Assembly (NCBI GenBank): GCA_024695415.1
Contig: JAILIE010000142.1
Span: forward strand, 4,847 to 68,846
Reading direction: 5' to 3'
Length of the DNA: 64,000 nt
DNA from: Clostridiales bacterium
Lineage (GTDB): Bacteria > Bacillota > Clostridia > Christensenellales > Aristaeellaceae
This document shows, piece after piece, positions 45,869 to 54,640 of this stretch. Within the stretch, counting starts at the first letter, position 1; the number at the start of each line of letters is the position of its first letter. The notes below the pieces were generated by a model. That model saw only the letters and a list, made by a program, of their open reading frames with translations. It was not told the origin of the DNA and did no database searches. The position numbers were made by a program, and so were the translations under genes.

Positions 45869-46627
45869 ATGGGCATTGCGGAGGAATACCGGGACGCCGT
45901 CGCGCGGCTCGGTGAAATCATCAGCCGGTCGAAACGGATCGTTTTCTTCGGCGGGGCCGGGGTATCCACCGCCAGCGGAATTCCGGATTTCCGGTCCCCG
46001 GAGGGCCTGTACGCGGAGGAATGGAACGGCCTGAGCCCGGAGATGATCCTGAGCAAGAGCTTTTTCTGGCTGCAGACGGAAACGTTCTTCGACTTCTACC
46101 GGAAACACATGCTGTTTCCCGGCGCGAAGCCGAACGCCGCCCACCGCTACCTGGCGGAGCTGGAAAAGGAAGACAGGCTCCGGGGAATCGTGACCCAGAA
46201 TATTGACGGACTGCACCGCGCGGCCGGCAATATCCGGGTATACGAGCTGCACGGGAACGTGCACGAAAACCACTGCACGGAATGCAACGCGGCCTGGCCG
46301 ATGGAGGCTGTCCTGCGTTCGGAGGGCATTCCCCGGTGCGAATGCGGCGGGATCATCAAGCCGGACGTCGTGCTGTATGGGGAACCGCTGGAAAAGTATG
46401 TGTGCATCGGCGCCCGGCGCGAGATCACCAACGCGGACACCCTGATCGTGGCGGGAACATCCCTTTCCGTGGAACCGGCGGCCTCCTTCATCGGGGATTT
46501 CCGGGGAAAGCACCTGGCGGTGATCAACCGGGAAGCCACGCCGGCGGACGAAAACGCGGAGATCCTGATCCGCGGGGATGTGGCGGAAGTGATGGAAATG
46601 CTCCCCGCTCCGGGGAAAAGGGACTGA
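45869..46627 (+). CDS. cobB: NAD-dependent protein deacylase (sirtuin)
   Basis: GAGVSTASGIPDFRS, TQNIDGLH, ELHG, CxxC..CxC, KPDVVLYGE, GTSL. Confidence 0.92.
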   Translation: MGIAEEYRDAVARLGEIISRSKRIVFFGGAGVSTASGIPDFRSPEGLYAEEWNGLSPEMILSKSFFWLQTETFFDFYRKHMLFPGAKPNAAHRYLAELEKEDRLRGIVTQNIDGLHRAAGNIRVYELHGNVHENHCTECNAAWPMEAVLRSEGIPRCECGGIIKPDVVLYGEPLEKYVCIGARREITNADTLIVAGTSLSVEPAASFIGDFRGKHLAVINREATPADENAEILIRGDVAEVMEMLPAPGKRD

Positions 46628-46735
46628 AGCGCAGGCGCACGGACCTGCGTTTTCAGTTGCCGGGGATTGCCCCGCTGTGGTATTCTGAACGGGAATGGAA
46701 GAAAATGGCGGAAAGCCGGCAAAGAAGGGTTTCGG

Positions 46736-47224
46736 ATGGAATATCGGATTGTCATGGCGACGGAGGCGGATACGGACGCGGTACTCCGTTTGTACCGGGA
46801 ACAGGTCGGGCAGGAGTTTTGCTTCTGGAATGAGGATTATCCCGGAAAAGAGACGATCGCGTTTGACCTGTCCCGGGACGCGCTGTTTGTCATGAAAGAC
46901 GAAAACGGCCGGATCATCGCCGCGATTTCCGCGGAAGAGGACGAGGACGTGAACCGGCTGGACTGCTGGACGGCCTCCCTGCAGCCGGGCGGGGAGTACG
47001 CCCGGCTGGCGGTTGCCCGCGACTGCCAGAACCGGGGACTGGCCCGGAAAATGGTCGTCCATATCCTGGGCGTACTGAAGGAGCGGGGATACCGGAGCGT
47101 GCACATCCTGGTGAACCGGGACAATATCAAGGCGATCCGATCCTATGCGCATATCGGGTTCCGTACGGCCGGGGAATGTGAGATGTACAACCAGCATTTC
47201 CTCTGCTACGAGAAGGAACTGTGA
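46736..47224 (+). CDS. GNAT acetyltransferase
   Basis: RLAVARDCQNRGLA, NIKAIRSYAHIGF. Confidence 0.85.
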   Translation: MEYRIVMATEADTDAVLRLYREQVGQEFCFWNEDYPGKETIAFDLSRDALFVMKDENGRIIAAISAEEDEDVNRLDCWTASLQPGGEYARLAVARDCQNRGLARKMVVHILGVLKERGYRSVHILVNRDNIKAIRSYAHIGFRTAGECEMYNQHFLCYEKEL

Positions 47225-47268
47225 ACGGAAAAGGCATCCGGAAGACGGCCTGAAAGGAAGAGGCGAAT

Positions 47269-47697
47269 ATGTCAGAATCAATCATCCGGAGAATCGACGG
47301 GGACGATCCGGAAATCGGGGAATTCATCCACCGGGAGTTTACCCGGTACGGCGAGCAGAACGGCGTAGTGCTGAACTATGACGAATTCTGCTTTGCCGCG
47401 TCGGATGAAACGGGAAAGATTACGGGCGTGATCACCGGACGGGCGTACTACAACGAGGTCCATATCGGGGACCTGATCGTGGTTGAATCCTGCAGGGGCA
47501 GCGGGCTGGGCAGCCGCCTGGTCCGCGCGGCGGAGGACGCCTACCGGGGCAGGGGATACGACGTGGTCACCCTGACGACGTTCGGGTTCCAGGCACCCGG
47601 GTTCTACAAAAAGCTCGGGTATCACCTGGAATTCGTCCGGGAGAACCCGGATCCGGCGCTCCGCAAGTATTTCCTGAGCAAGCGCCTGGAAGCGTAA
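47269..47697 (+). CDS. GNAT acetyltransferase
   Basis: LIVVESCRGSGLGSRL, TFGFQAPGFYKKLGY. Confidence 0.88.
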   Translation: MSESIIRRIDGDDPEIGEFIHREFTRYGEQNGVVLNYDEFCFAASDETGKITGVITGRAYYNEVHIGDLIVVESCRGSGLGSRLVRAAEDAYRGRGYDVVTLTTFGFQAPGFYKKLGYHLEFVRENPDPALRKYFLSKRLEA

Positions 47698-47731
47698 AAA
47701 ACCGGAAACATAAGAAAGCGGAGGGAGAAAA

Positions 47732-48280
47732 ATGGACGTATTCGAAGCCGTTGCGCAGAGGCACAGCTACCGGGGAAAATTCAGCCCGGCACCCGTTCCG
47801 CGGGAGGACCTTGTAAAGATCATGCAGGCGGGACTGGACGCGCCTTCCGGATGCAATAAACAGACCACCAGCCTGATCGCGGTGGACGATCCCGAAGTCC
47901 TGGAAAAGCTGCGTGAAGTGATCGATCCGCCGATTGCGGAAACCGCCCCGGCGGCCATTTGCGTCCTGACGCAGCGGATCAACGCGTACCGGGACAGGTG
48001 CTTCGCGGTCCAGGATTATTCCGCGGCAATCCAGAACATGCTGCTGGCCATCGTATCGCTGGGCTACCAGAGCTGCTGGTATGAGGGGCATATCACGGAC
48101 ACGGACGGAATCGGAGCAAAGATGGCGAAGATCCTGGGCGTACCGGACGGGTATGAGCTGGTCTGCTTCCTGCCGGTCGGGATCGCGGAGGGAAAGCCGG
48201 CGGTTCCGGGGAAGAAGCCCTTCGGGGAAAGGGCATGGTTCAATGCTTTTCCCGTCCCGGAAAACGGTTCAGCCCGGTGA
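47732..48280 (+). CDS. Nitroreductase family protein
   Basis: RHSYRGKF, APSGCNKQ, IQNMLLA..SLGYQSCW. Confidence 0.9.
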   Translation: MDVFEAVAQRHSYRGKFSPAPVPREDLVKIMQAGLDAPSGCNKQTTSLIAVDDPEVLEKLREVIDPPIAETAPAAICVLTQRINAYRDRCFAVQDYSAAIQNMLLAIVSLGYQSCWYEGHITDTDGIGAKMAKILGVPDGYELVCFLPVGIAEGKPAVPGKKPFGERAWFNAFPVPENGSAR

Positions 48281-48331
48281 CCGCGGGAGAAAAAACGGAT
48301 TTCGCATTTTGAGTTCAGGAAGGCTTCTGAG

Positions 48332-50539
48332 ATGAAACGCCGGATTGCAGAAACAATTGTCCGTTACCGGATCCTGATTCTGATCCTTACGGTGCTGGCC
48401 GCGGGATGGAGCGCGACCCGGATCAGCGCTACCCATATCAATTATGACCTGACAAAGTACCTGTCCGAAAACACGATGACCCGGAAGTCCCTGGAGATCA
48501 TGAAGGAGGAGTTCGGCTCCTCCGAGCAGCTGCGCCTCGTGTTTTCCGGACAGGACGGGGAAGCCATGGACGGATATGCGGCCGCGCTGAAGGATATAGA
48601 GGAAATCCGGACGGTTCAGTACAGGCCCGGCGAGGACGAACGGGAAGCGGACGGGACCACCTGGCAGATGGTGACGGTGACACTGGCCGACTGCGACACG
48701 GCGGAACTGGTTACGCGCCTGCGCGGGATGTTCCCGGAAGCCGGCGGCTGCCTGGTCGCCGGCAGCGCCGCGAGTCAGCTGGATATCCAGAAAAGCGTCG
48801 GCGCCGAGATTCCCGGCGTGATGGCCGTCGCCGCGGCGGTCGTGCTGGCGGTCCTGCTGCTGACCAGCCACGCCTGGCTGGAGCCGCTGGTCCTGCTGAT
48901 CGTTTTCGCCCTGTCCATCCTGATCAATATGGGCACCAATTTCCTGTTTCCGGATGTTTCGTTCATCACGTTCGCAGTCTGCCCGATCCTCCAGCTGGCA
49001 TTGTCCATCGACTACGCGATCATGCTGCTGCATACCTGGAACGCGCTGCGCGATGAAGGAATGAGCCCGGAAGAAGCCATGACCGGGGCGCTGACGGAAT
49101 GCTTTATGCGGATTACCTCCAGTGCCGTGACCACGATCGCCGGCCTGATGAGCCTTTTGTTCATGAGCTTCACGATCGGCTTCGATATCGGCATGGTACT
49201 GAGCAAAGGCATCGTGATCAGCATGCTCAACGTGTTCCTGCTGATGCCTTCCGTTACCCTGCTGCTGGCCGGCCCGCTGGGGAAAACCAGGCACGCTCCG
49301 GTCCGGCTGGGCGGTGAAAAGCAGGGACGCCTGATCTGGACCCACCGGAAGGCCGTCGCCGCGGTGATGCTCCTGGTCGTCGCGTGCGGCGCGTTCCTGA
49401 CCACCCGGAACGTATACAGCTTCACGGAAAGCGCTTCGATGCGGGACAGTGAAACCGACCGGGTCAACCGGATATTCGGCGCGTCCAATCCGCTCGTGCT
49501 GCTGGTGCCCGGAGGCCCGGACGCGGAGGATTTCGACCGCCAGCGGGAACTGGTCCGGGAACTGCAGGCGGCGGTCCGGGACGACGGCAGCCCCGCGGTC
49601 AAGGAAGTCAAAGCCATGGTCACGACCGGGGAGGCGGCGCTGAAGGAATACACGCCGGCGGAGGTCGCGGAGATGACCGGCATCGGCGAGGACACGATAC
49701 AGCGCTTCTTTGACATGATGGGTTCGGGGAATACGCTCCGGGCGGACCGGCTGCTGGACGCCGCGGCGCTTTTCGCCGGGGACAACGGGACGGTCAGGGA
49801 ACTGAAGGAAGCCCTGGACACCGCCAGGGGCGCGTTTATCGGGAAACACTATGACAGGATCCTGGCGGAACCGTCGTTCACGGCGGCGGATCCGGATTTC
49901 CGGACCACCATGGACCGCGTCCTGGACGCGGCGTCCTCCGTGTACGGGGACGACTGGTATATCACCGGAAACGCCATGTCGGTCTACGATATCGGCAGCG
50001 CGTTTCACGGAGACCTGATGAAGGTGAATCTGATTACGCTGGCGGCGATCCTGCTGGTGGTCATGGCCAGCTTCCGGGCGGCGCGCCTGCCCGTATTGCT
50101 GGTCCTGGTCATTGAAGGAGCCATCTGGGTGACCATGGGGATCAACCGGATCACCGGTCAGCCGATCTTCTTTATTTCCTACCTGATCTGCCTGTCCATC
50201 CAGATGGGCGCCACCATCGATTACGGGATTCTGCTGTGCGATCAGTACCGGACGCTCCGGCGGAAGGGAGCAGCACCGAAGGAAGCCCTGTCCGCCGCCC
50301 TCGGAAAGGCCCTGCCGACCGTGGCGACATCCGGGATTATCCTGGTAACCGCCGGATTCATTATCGGGAAGATGTGCAGTATTTACTATATTTCCAGTAT
50401 CGGGCTGCTGGTCTCCCGGGGCGCGCTGATATCCGGGATCCTCGTGGTGACCCTGCTGCCTGCCCTGCTGGCCCTGTGCGACCGGATGATTATCCGGGAA
50501 CCGTTCCCGCTGAAACGACAAAGGAGGAACCGGGCGTGA
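48332..50539 (+). CDS. MMPL/RND-family membrane protein
   Basis: Two repeats of TM + large loop + 5 TM; LQLALSIDYAI and QMGATIDYGIL. Confidence 0.88.
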   Translation: MKRRIAETIVRYRILILILTVLAAGWSATRISATHINYDLTKYLSENTMTRKSLEIMKEEFGSSEQLRLVFSGQDGEAMDGYAAALKDIEEIRTVQYRPGEDEREADGTTWQMVTVTLADCDTAELVTRLRGMFPEAGGCLVAGSAASQLDIQKSVGAEIPGVMAVAAAVVLAVLLLTSHAWLEPLVLLIVFALSILINMGTNFLFPDVSFITFAVCPILQLALSIDYAIMLLHTWNALRDEGMSPEEAMTGALTECFMRITSSAVTTIAGLMSLLFMSFTIGFDIGMVLSKGIVISMLNVFLLMPSVTLLLAGPLGKTRHAPVRLGGEKQGRLIWTHRKAVAAVMLLVVACGAFLTTRNVYSFTESASMRDSETDRVNRIFGASNPLVLLVPGGPDAEDFDRQRELVRELQAAVRDDGSPAVKEVKAMVTTGEAALKEYTPAEVAEMTGIGEDTIQRFFDMMGSGNTLRADRLLDAAALFAGDNGTVRELKEALDTARGAFIGKHYDRILAEPSFTAADPDFRTTMDRVLDAASSVYGDDWYITGNAMSVYDIGSAFHGDLMKVNLITLAAILLVVMASFRAARLPVLLVLVIEGAIWVTMGINRITGQPIFFISYLICLSIQMGATIDYGILLCDQYRTLRRKGAAPKEALSAALGKALPTVATSGIILVTAGFIIGKMCSIYYISSIGLLVSRGALISGILVVTLLPALLALCDRMIIREPFPLKRQRRNRA

Positions 50540-51654
50540 CCGTCTATTTCCCGAACTGGAATATCCATTCCGACCGCCGCAGCCAGGTCAGATACCTGCC
50601 GTGGGACCGGCTGGACTGCGTCAACCACGCCTTCTGGCACGTGGTTCCCCGGGACGGCGGCTATTCCGTCGAGTCCACCGATTTCAAGGCGGACGCGGAT
50701 CCGGACAACCCGGACGCGCATTTCCGGCAGTACGCGGAATGCGCCGCGAAATATCCGGATAAAAAGATCCTGCTTTCCATCGGCGGATGGACCGACTGCG
50801 GGTATTTCTCCGAAATGGCGCTGACCGCCCAAAACCGGGCGTCCTTTATCCGAAGCTGCCTGGAGACGCTGGAAGCCTGGCCTTTCCTGTCCGGCCTGGA
50901 CATCGACTGGGAGTATCCCGGCGTGGCCCGGGAGCCCGGGCATAACGGGGACGAAGGAAACCCGGTCCGGGGAGACGACCGGACCAACTACACGCTGCTT
51001 CTGAAAGAACTCCGCGAGGCGATGGACGCGCGTTTCGGCCCGGGAAAGATCCTGACCGTCTGCGCGGGAGCGCCCGTCGGGACGCTTTCCATGCAGGACT
51101 ACGCGTCACTGCATCCCTATGTGGACCGGATCAACCTGATGACCTACGATATGGCCGGTTCCTGGAACGATCACACCGGGCACCAAACGGCGCTGCGCGG
51201 ACCGGGCTCGGCGGAGACGGCGGTGCAGTACCTGCTGGAGCAGGGAGTGCCGGCGGAAAAGATTGCCATCGGTTCCCCGCTGTACAGCCACGGATGGAAG
51301 CTGCGCGGGACGGAGGGAAGTCCGGTGGGCGCGCCCGCGGACGCGGCGGAGAAAGGCGGCCGGACATGGCGCAGACTGCTTCCCATCGAGCGCTCCGCAG
51401 TCCCGGAAGGCACACCGGGATGGCATACCGGCTATGACGGGGAGAAGGAAGCGGCCTGGCTGTGGAACGACGATCCCGTCTCCTCCGACTATCTGATGTT
51501 CCTGACCTATGAAAGCGCCCGGTCCCTGGACGCCAAGCTCAGATATATCCGGGAAAACGGGCTGGGCGGACTGATCGTCTGGGAAGCCTCCGGCGACAGC
51601 ATGGACGAGGACTGGCCGATGATTACCCGGATGTATCACGGGCTTCATCCATGA
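50536..51654 (+). CDS. GH18 chitinase-like glycoside hydrolase, no signal peptide
   Basis: AAGGAGG RBS and GTG overlapping the MMPL stop. YFPNW, LSIGGW, GLDIDWEYP, LMTYD, GGLIVWE. Confidence 0.88.
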   Translation: MTVYFPNWNIHSDRRSQVRYLPWDRLDCVNHAFWHVVPRDGGYSVESTDFKADADPDNPDAHFRQYAECAAKYPDKKILLSIGGWTDCGYFSEMALTAQNRASFIRSCLETLEAWPFLSGLDIDWEYPGVAREPGHNGDEGNPVRGDDRTNYTLLLKELREAMDARFGPGKILTVCAGAPVGTLSMQDYASLHPYVDRINLMTYDMAGSWNDHTGHQTALRGPGSAETAVQYLLEQGVPAEKIAIGSPLYSHGWKLRGTEGSPVGAPADAAEKGGRTWRRLLPIERSAVPEGTPGWHTGYDGEKEAAWLWNDDPVSSDYLMFLTYESARSLDAKLRYIRENGLGGLIVWEASGDSMDEDWPMITRMYHGLHP

Positions 51655-51673
51655 ATCCAAACAAACTGAAATA

Positions 51674-51744
51674 CGGCGCGGAAGATTTATCCGCGCCGAA
51701 AAAAGAACCAGGCCGTCATCCGGAAGAATGGCGGCCTGGTTTTT
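51674..51744. terminator. Twin hairpins between convergent GH18 and uxuA genes
   Basis: CGGCGCGGA..TCCGCGCCG, and AACCAGGCCG..CGGCCTGGTT followed by a T-run. Confidence 0.7.
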
Positions 51745-51771
51745 CAGATGGCAATGCCCCTGTTTTCGCTT

Positions 51772-52845
51772 TTATTTCGCCTGCCGGTCGATTGCTTCCC
51801 ACAGGCCGTTCAGGTAGGCGGCCCCGAGCGCGCGGTCGTACAGCCCGTACCCCGGCCGGCCTTCCTCGTCCCAGATCATGCGCCCGTGGTCCGGCCGGAC
51901 ATAGGTGTCCGGACAGGTCTCGTGGATCGCCTTCATGATTTCGTACATGTCCAGGTCGCCTGTGGAGGACAGGTGCGCCGCTTCCCGGAAATGGTGGTAT
52001 CCCAGATACTTCACGTTCCGCACGTGCATGGCGCCGATCCGGTTCATCTTTCCGAAGTGGCGGATAATCGCCGGGATATCGTTGTCCGGATTGCTGCCCA
52101 GGGAACCGGTGCACAGGCACAGCGTGTTCGCCGGGCTGTCATGCAGCTTCACCATGATGTCGAAATCCTCCTGGCTGTGGGTGATCCGCGGCAGGCCGAA
52201 GATCGGCCAGGCGGGATCGTCCGGATGGCACGCCATGCGCACGCCCGTCTCCTCACACACCGGAATCACCGCGTCCAGGAAGTATTTGAAGTTCTTCCGC
52301 AGGTCGTCCGGCCCGATATTCCTGTACTGCTTCAGGGTGGTTTCCAGCAGTGCCAGGCGCTCCGGCTCCCATCCCGGCAGCGTGAATCCCTTGCTGCCCT
52401 CCGCGGTCCGGCGGACGATTTCCAGCGGGCCCATTTCCCCCAGGTCCTTCTCGTCGAAGTACAGGCTGTTGCTTCCGTCCTCCGGGATCACCCGCGCCAG
52501 GTCGGTGCGCAGCCAGTCAAACACCGGCATGAAGTTGTAGATGATTACCTTCACGCCCTGCCGGGCCAGCATACGGATGGTGGATATATAGTTCGCGATG
52601 TATTCGTCGCGGGAGGGAACGCCCAGCTTGATGTCCTCGTGCACGTTGACGCTCTCGATGACCTCGATCTCCAGCCCGGCGTCGTTCACTTCCTTTTTCA
52701 GGGCGGCGAACTCCTCCTCCGGCCAGTCCACGCCCGCCGGCTTCTCCAGCAGGCCCATCAGGCCGGTCATGCCCGGAATCTGCTTCACGTACTTCAGCGG
52801 GATCGGATCCGTCTGGCTTCCATACCAGCGAAAAGTCATTTTCAT
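51772..52845 (-). CDS. uxuA: Mannonate dehydratase
   Basis: [57 protein letters not shown]. Confidence 0.97.
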   Translation of the reverse strand: MKMTFRWYGSQTDPIPLKYVKQIPGMTGLMGLLEKPAGVDWPEEEFAALKKEVNDAGLEIEVIESVNVHEDIKLGVPSRDEYIANYISTIRMLARQGVKVIIYNFMPVFDWLRTDLARVIPEDGSNSLYFDEKDLGEMGPLEIVRRTAEGSKGFTLPGWEPERLALLETTLKQYRNIGPDDLRKNFKYFLDAVIPVCEETGVRMACHPDDPAWPIFGLPRITHSQEDFDIMVKLHDSPANTLCLCTGSLGSNPDNDIPAIIRHFGKMNRIGAMHVRNVKYLGYHHFREAAHLSSTGDLDMYEIMKAIHETCPDTYVRPDHGRMIWDEEGRPGYGLYDRALGAAYLNGLWEAIDRQAK

Positions 52846-53077
52846 CGTTCAGGCGCTCCTTTTTCTTGCTTGAATTCGTGTGTTGACGGCGGAAAACGGT
52901 CAGGAGGACGACAGATCCCGGAATGAGATGATCTCATCCTTCTGATGATACTATTTAACCATATTCGCTCCGGACAGTCCACGGTTTCAGCACACATTAT
53001 ATATTGAAAATACCATCAAAGCAAATATAATGAAAAACATGAGCGGAACACCACGACCGGAGAGGATGAACACCTGT

Positions 53078-53875
53078 ATGAACGAAGAAAACGCCCGGAC
53101 GCCGGAATCCATTGCCGGAATCCTGGGAAACGCGTCCGGAACGACAGACGACCTGGGGAAATCCGGGGCCCGGGTATTCCTGTATGCGGATTACGTCCTG
53201 AAAGTCCGGCCCGCGGGCGGATGGGAAACCGTGGATACACGGATCCTCCGGTGGCTGGCGGGGAAGCTTCCGGTTCCGGAAGTGGCCGCGCACGAGGTCC
53301 GGGATGGGCTGGACTGGCTGCTGATGACCCGGATCAGGGGAAAGATGCTGTGCGATCCTTCCGTCATGGAAAATCCCGCGCTGCTGCTGGACTGCATGGC
53401 GGAAGCCCTGCATATGCTGTGGTCTGTTCCCGCGGAAGGCTGCCCCTTTATCCGGCCGGTGAAGGAGAACCTGGATCACGCCGAAAAAGCGATCCTGTCC
53501 GGCAGGTTCGATCCGTCGGACTGTGAGCCGGAAACCTTCGGGCCGGGCGGGTTTGCCGATCCGGCGGAGCTCCTGGAATGGCTGAGGAACCATCAGCCGG
53601 AAGAGGACAGCGTACTGACGCACGGCGATTTCTGCCTGCCGAACCTGTTTACGGACGGGAAGCGTTTCAGCGGTTTCATCGACCTGGGAAGCGCCGGGAT
53701 ATGTGACCGGTGGATGGATCTTGCCCTGGGATGGCGGAGCCTGAAGCATAACAGCGACGGGCACTACGGAAAGATCTATCCGCGAATCAACCCGGACGAT
53801 CTGTTCCGGGCCGCGGGGGTTCCGAAGGATGAGGAGAAACTGCGGTATTATATCCTGCTGGACGAACTGAACTGA
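53078..53875 (+). CDS. Aminoglycoside 3'-phosphotransferase-like kinase
   Basis: GKSGARV, WLAGKLPVPEV, THGDFCLPN, FIDLG, DRWMDLA, YYILLDEL. Start uncertain (53066 or 53078). Confidence 0.85.
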   Translation: MNEENARTPESIAGILGNASGTTDDLGKSGARVFLYADYVLKVRPAGGWETVDTRILRWLAGKLPVPEVAAHEVRDGLDWLLMTRIRGKMLCDPSVMENPALLLDCMAEALHMLWSVPAEGCPFIRPVKENLDHAEKAILSGRFDPSDCEPETFGPGGFADPAELLEWLRNHQPEEDSVLTHGDFCLPNLFTDGKRFSGFIDLGSAGICDRWMDLALGWRSLKHNSDGHYGKIYPRINPDDLFRAAGVPKDEEKLRYYILLDELN

Positions 53876-53954
53876 AAACCGGTTCCCAAACGCCGGAAAC
53901 CGGTCCGCCATGGATTCCGGGATCAACCCACACCATAACAGAACCATACAGCAA

Positions 53955-53978
53955 GGGGGCAGGCCGCAGCCTGCCCCC
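53955..53978 (-). terminator. Hairpin terminator
   Basis: GGGGGCAGG-CCGCAG-CCTGCCCCC downstream of both convergent genes. Confidence 0.55.
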
Positions 53979-53999
53979 TGCCCGTATCGCGCGGACGGT

Positions 54000-54425
54000 T
54001 TATTCTTTTTCGGAATCGTCCGGATTGACTTCTACCGTGGGGATATCCTCTACCGCGCCGCTCTCGCCGGCGGGCTCCTCTTCATTCTCTTCGCCGGGAG
54101 CGCATTCTTCGGGATCGTCGGCCGACAGCGTATCCCAGGCCTTCTTCACTTCATCACTGACTGTCTTTACAGCCTTTTCGGCTGTGCCGGCGACGGTATC
54201 CGCGGCTTTCTTCACGGCCTTGCCGATATCCACCCCTTTGCCTTCCTCATTCTCCAGATGGAGGCTGCATCCCAGAAGCGGAGCGATCACCATGCCGGCG
54301 ATGCTCATCTTCGGAGCGATCAGCAATCCGGGAAGAGCCAGAATTCCGGGCATATTGACGAGTTCCTTGCCATCCCGTTCGACCTTTACGCGATAAGCGG
54401 TCAGTTCATCCACAAAGTTCTTCAT
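54000..54425 (-). CDS. DUF4342-like small membrane-associated protein with acidic tail
   Basis: RVKVERDGKELVNMP followed by a hydrophobic hairpin LLIAP...LLGC. AAGGAGG RBS. Confidence 0.6.
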   Translation of the reverse strand: MKNFVDELTAYRVKVERDGKELVNMPGILALPGLLIAPKMSIAGMVIAPLLGCSLHLENEEGKGVDIGKAVKKAADTVAGTAEKAVKTVSDEVKKAWDTLSADDPEECAPGEENEEEPAGESGAVEDIPTVEVNPDDSEKE

Positions 54426-54640
54426 GTTCGTTCCTCCTTCCGCGGAAATCATGATCCTTTCGATCCGGTATCCTTTTTCCGCTCCAGTTTAATCGTGTAC
54501 CGTACGGGAAGGGGGCCGTACACCTCATCCCCCCCGGTACGTATACAGGATAACCGGATCCGGGGCAGAAAAACAGGGATAGAAGAGAGAAATACGATCC
54601 TCTATTTTTCCAACCGGACGCGTAAACGCCGGAAAGGATA

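Noticed and set aside
45869-46627. Sirtuin as an anti-phage SIR2 NADase (Thoeris/DSR type)
   Set aside because: It has the zinc-binding Cys cluster and full CobB-type deacylase motifs, and no defence partner genes are adjacent.
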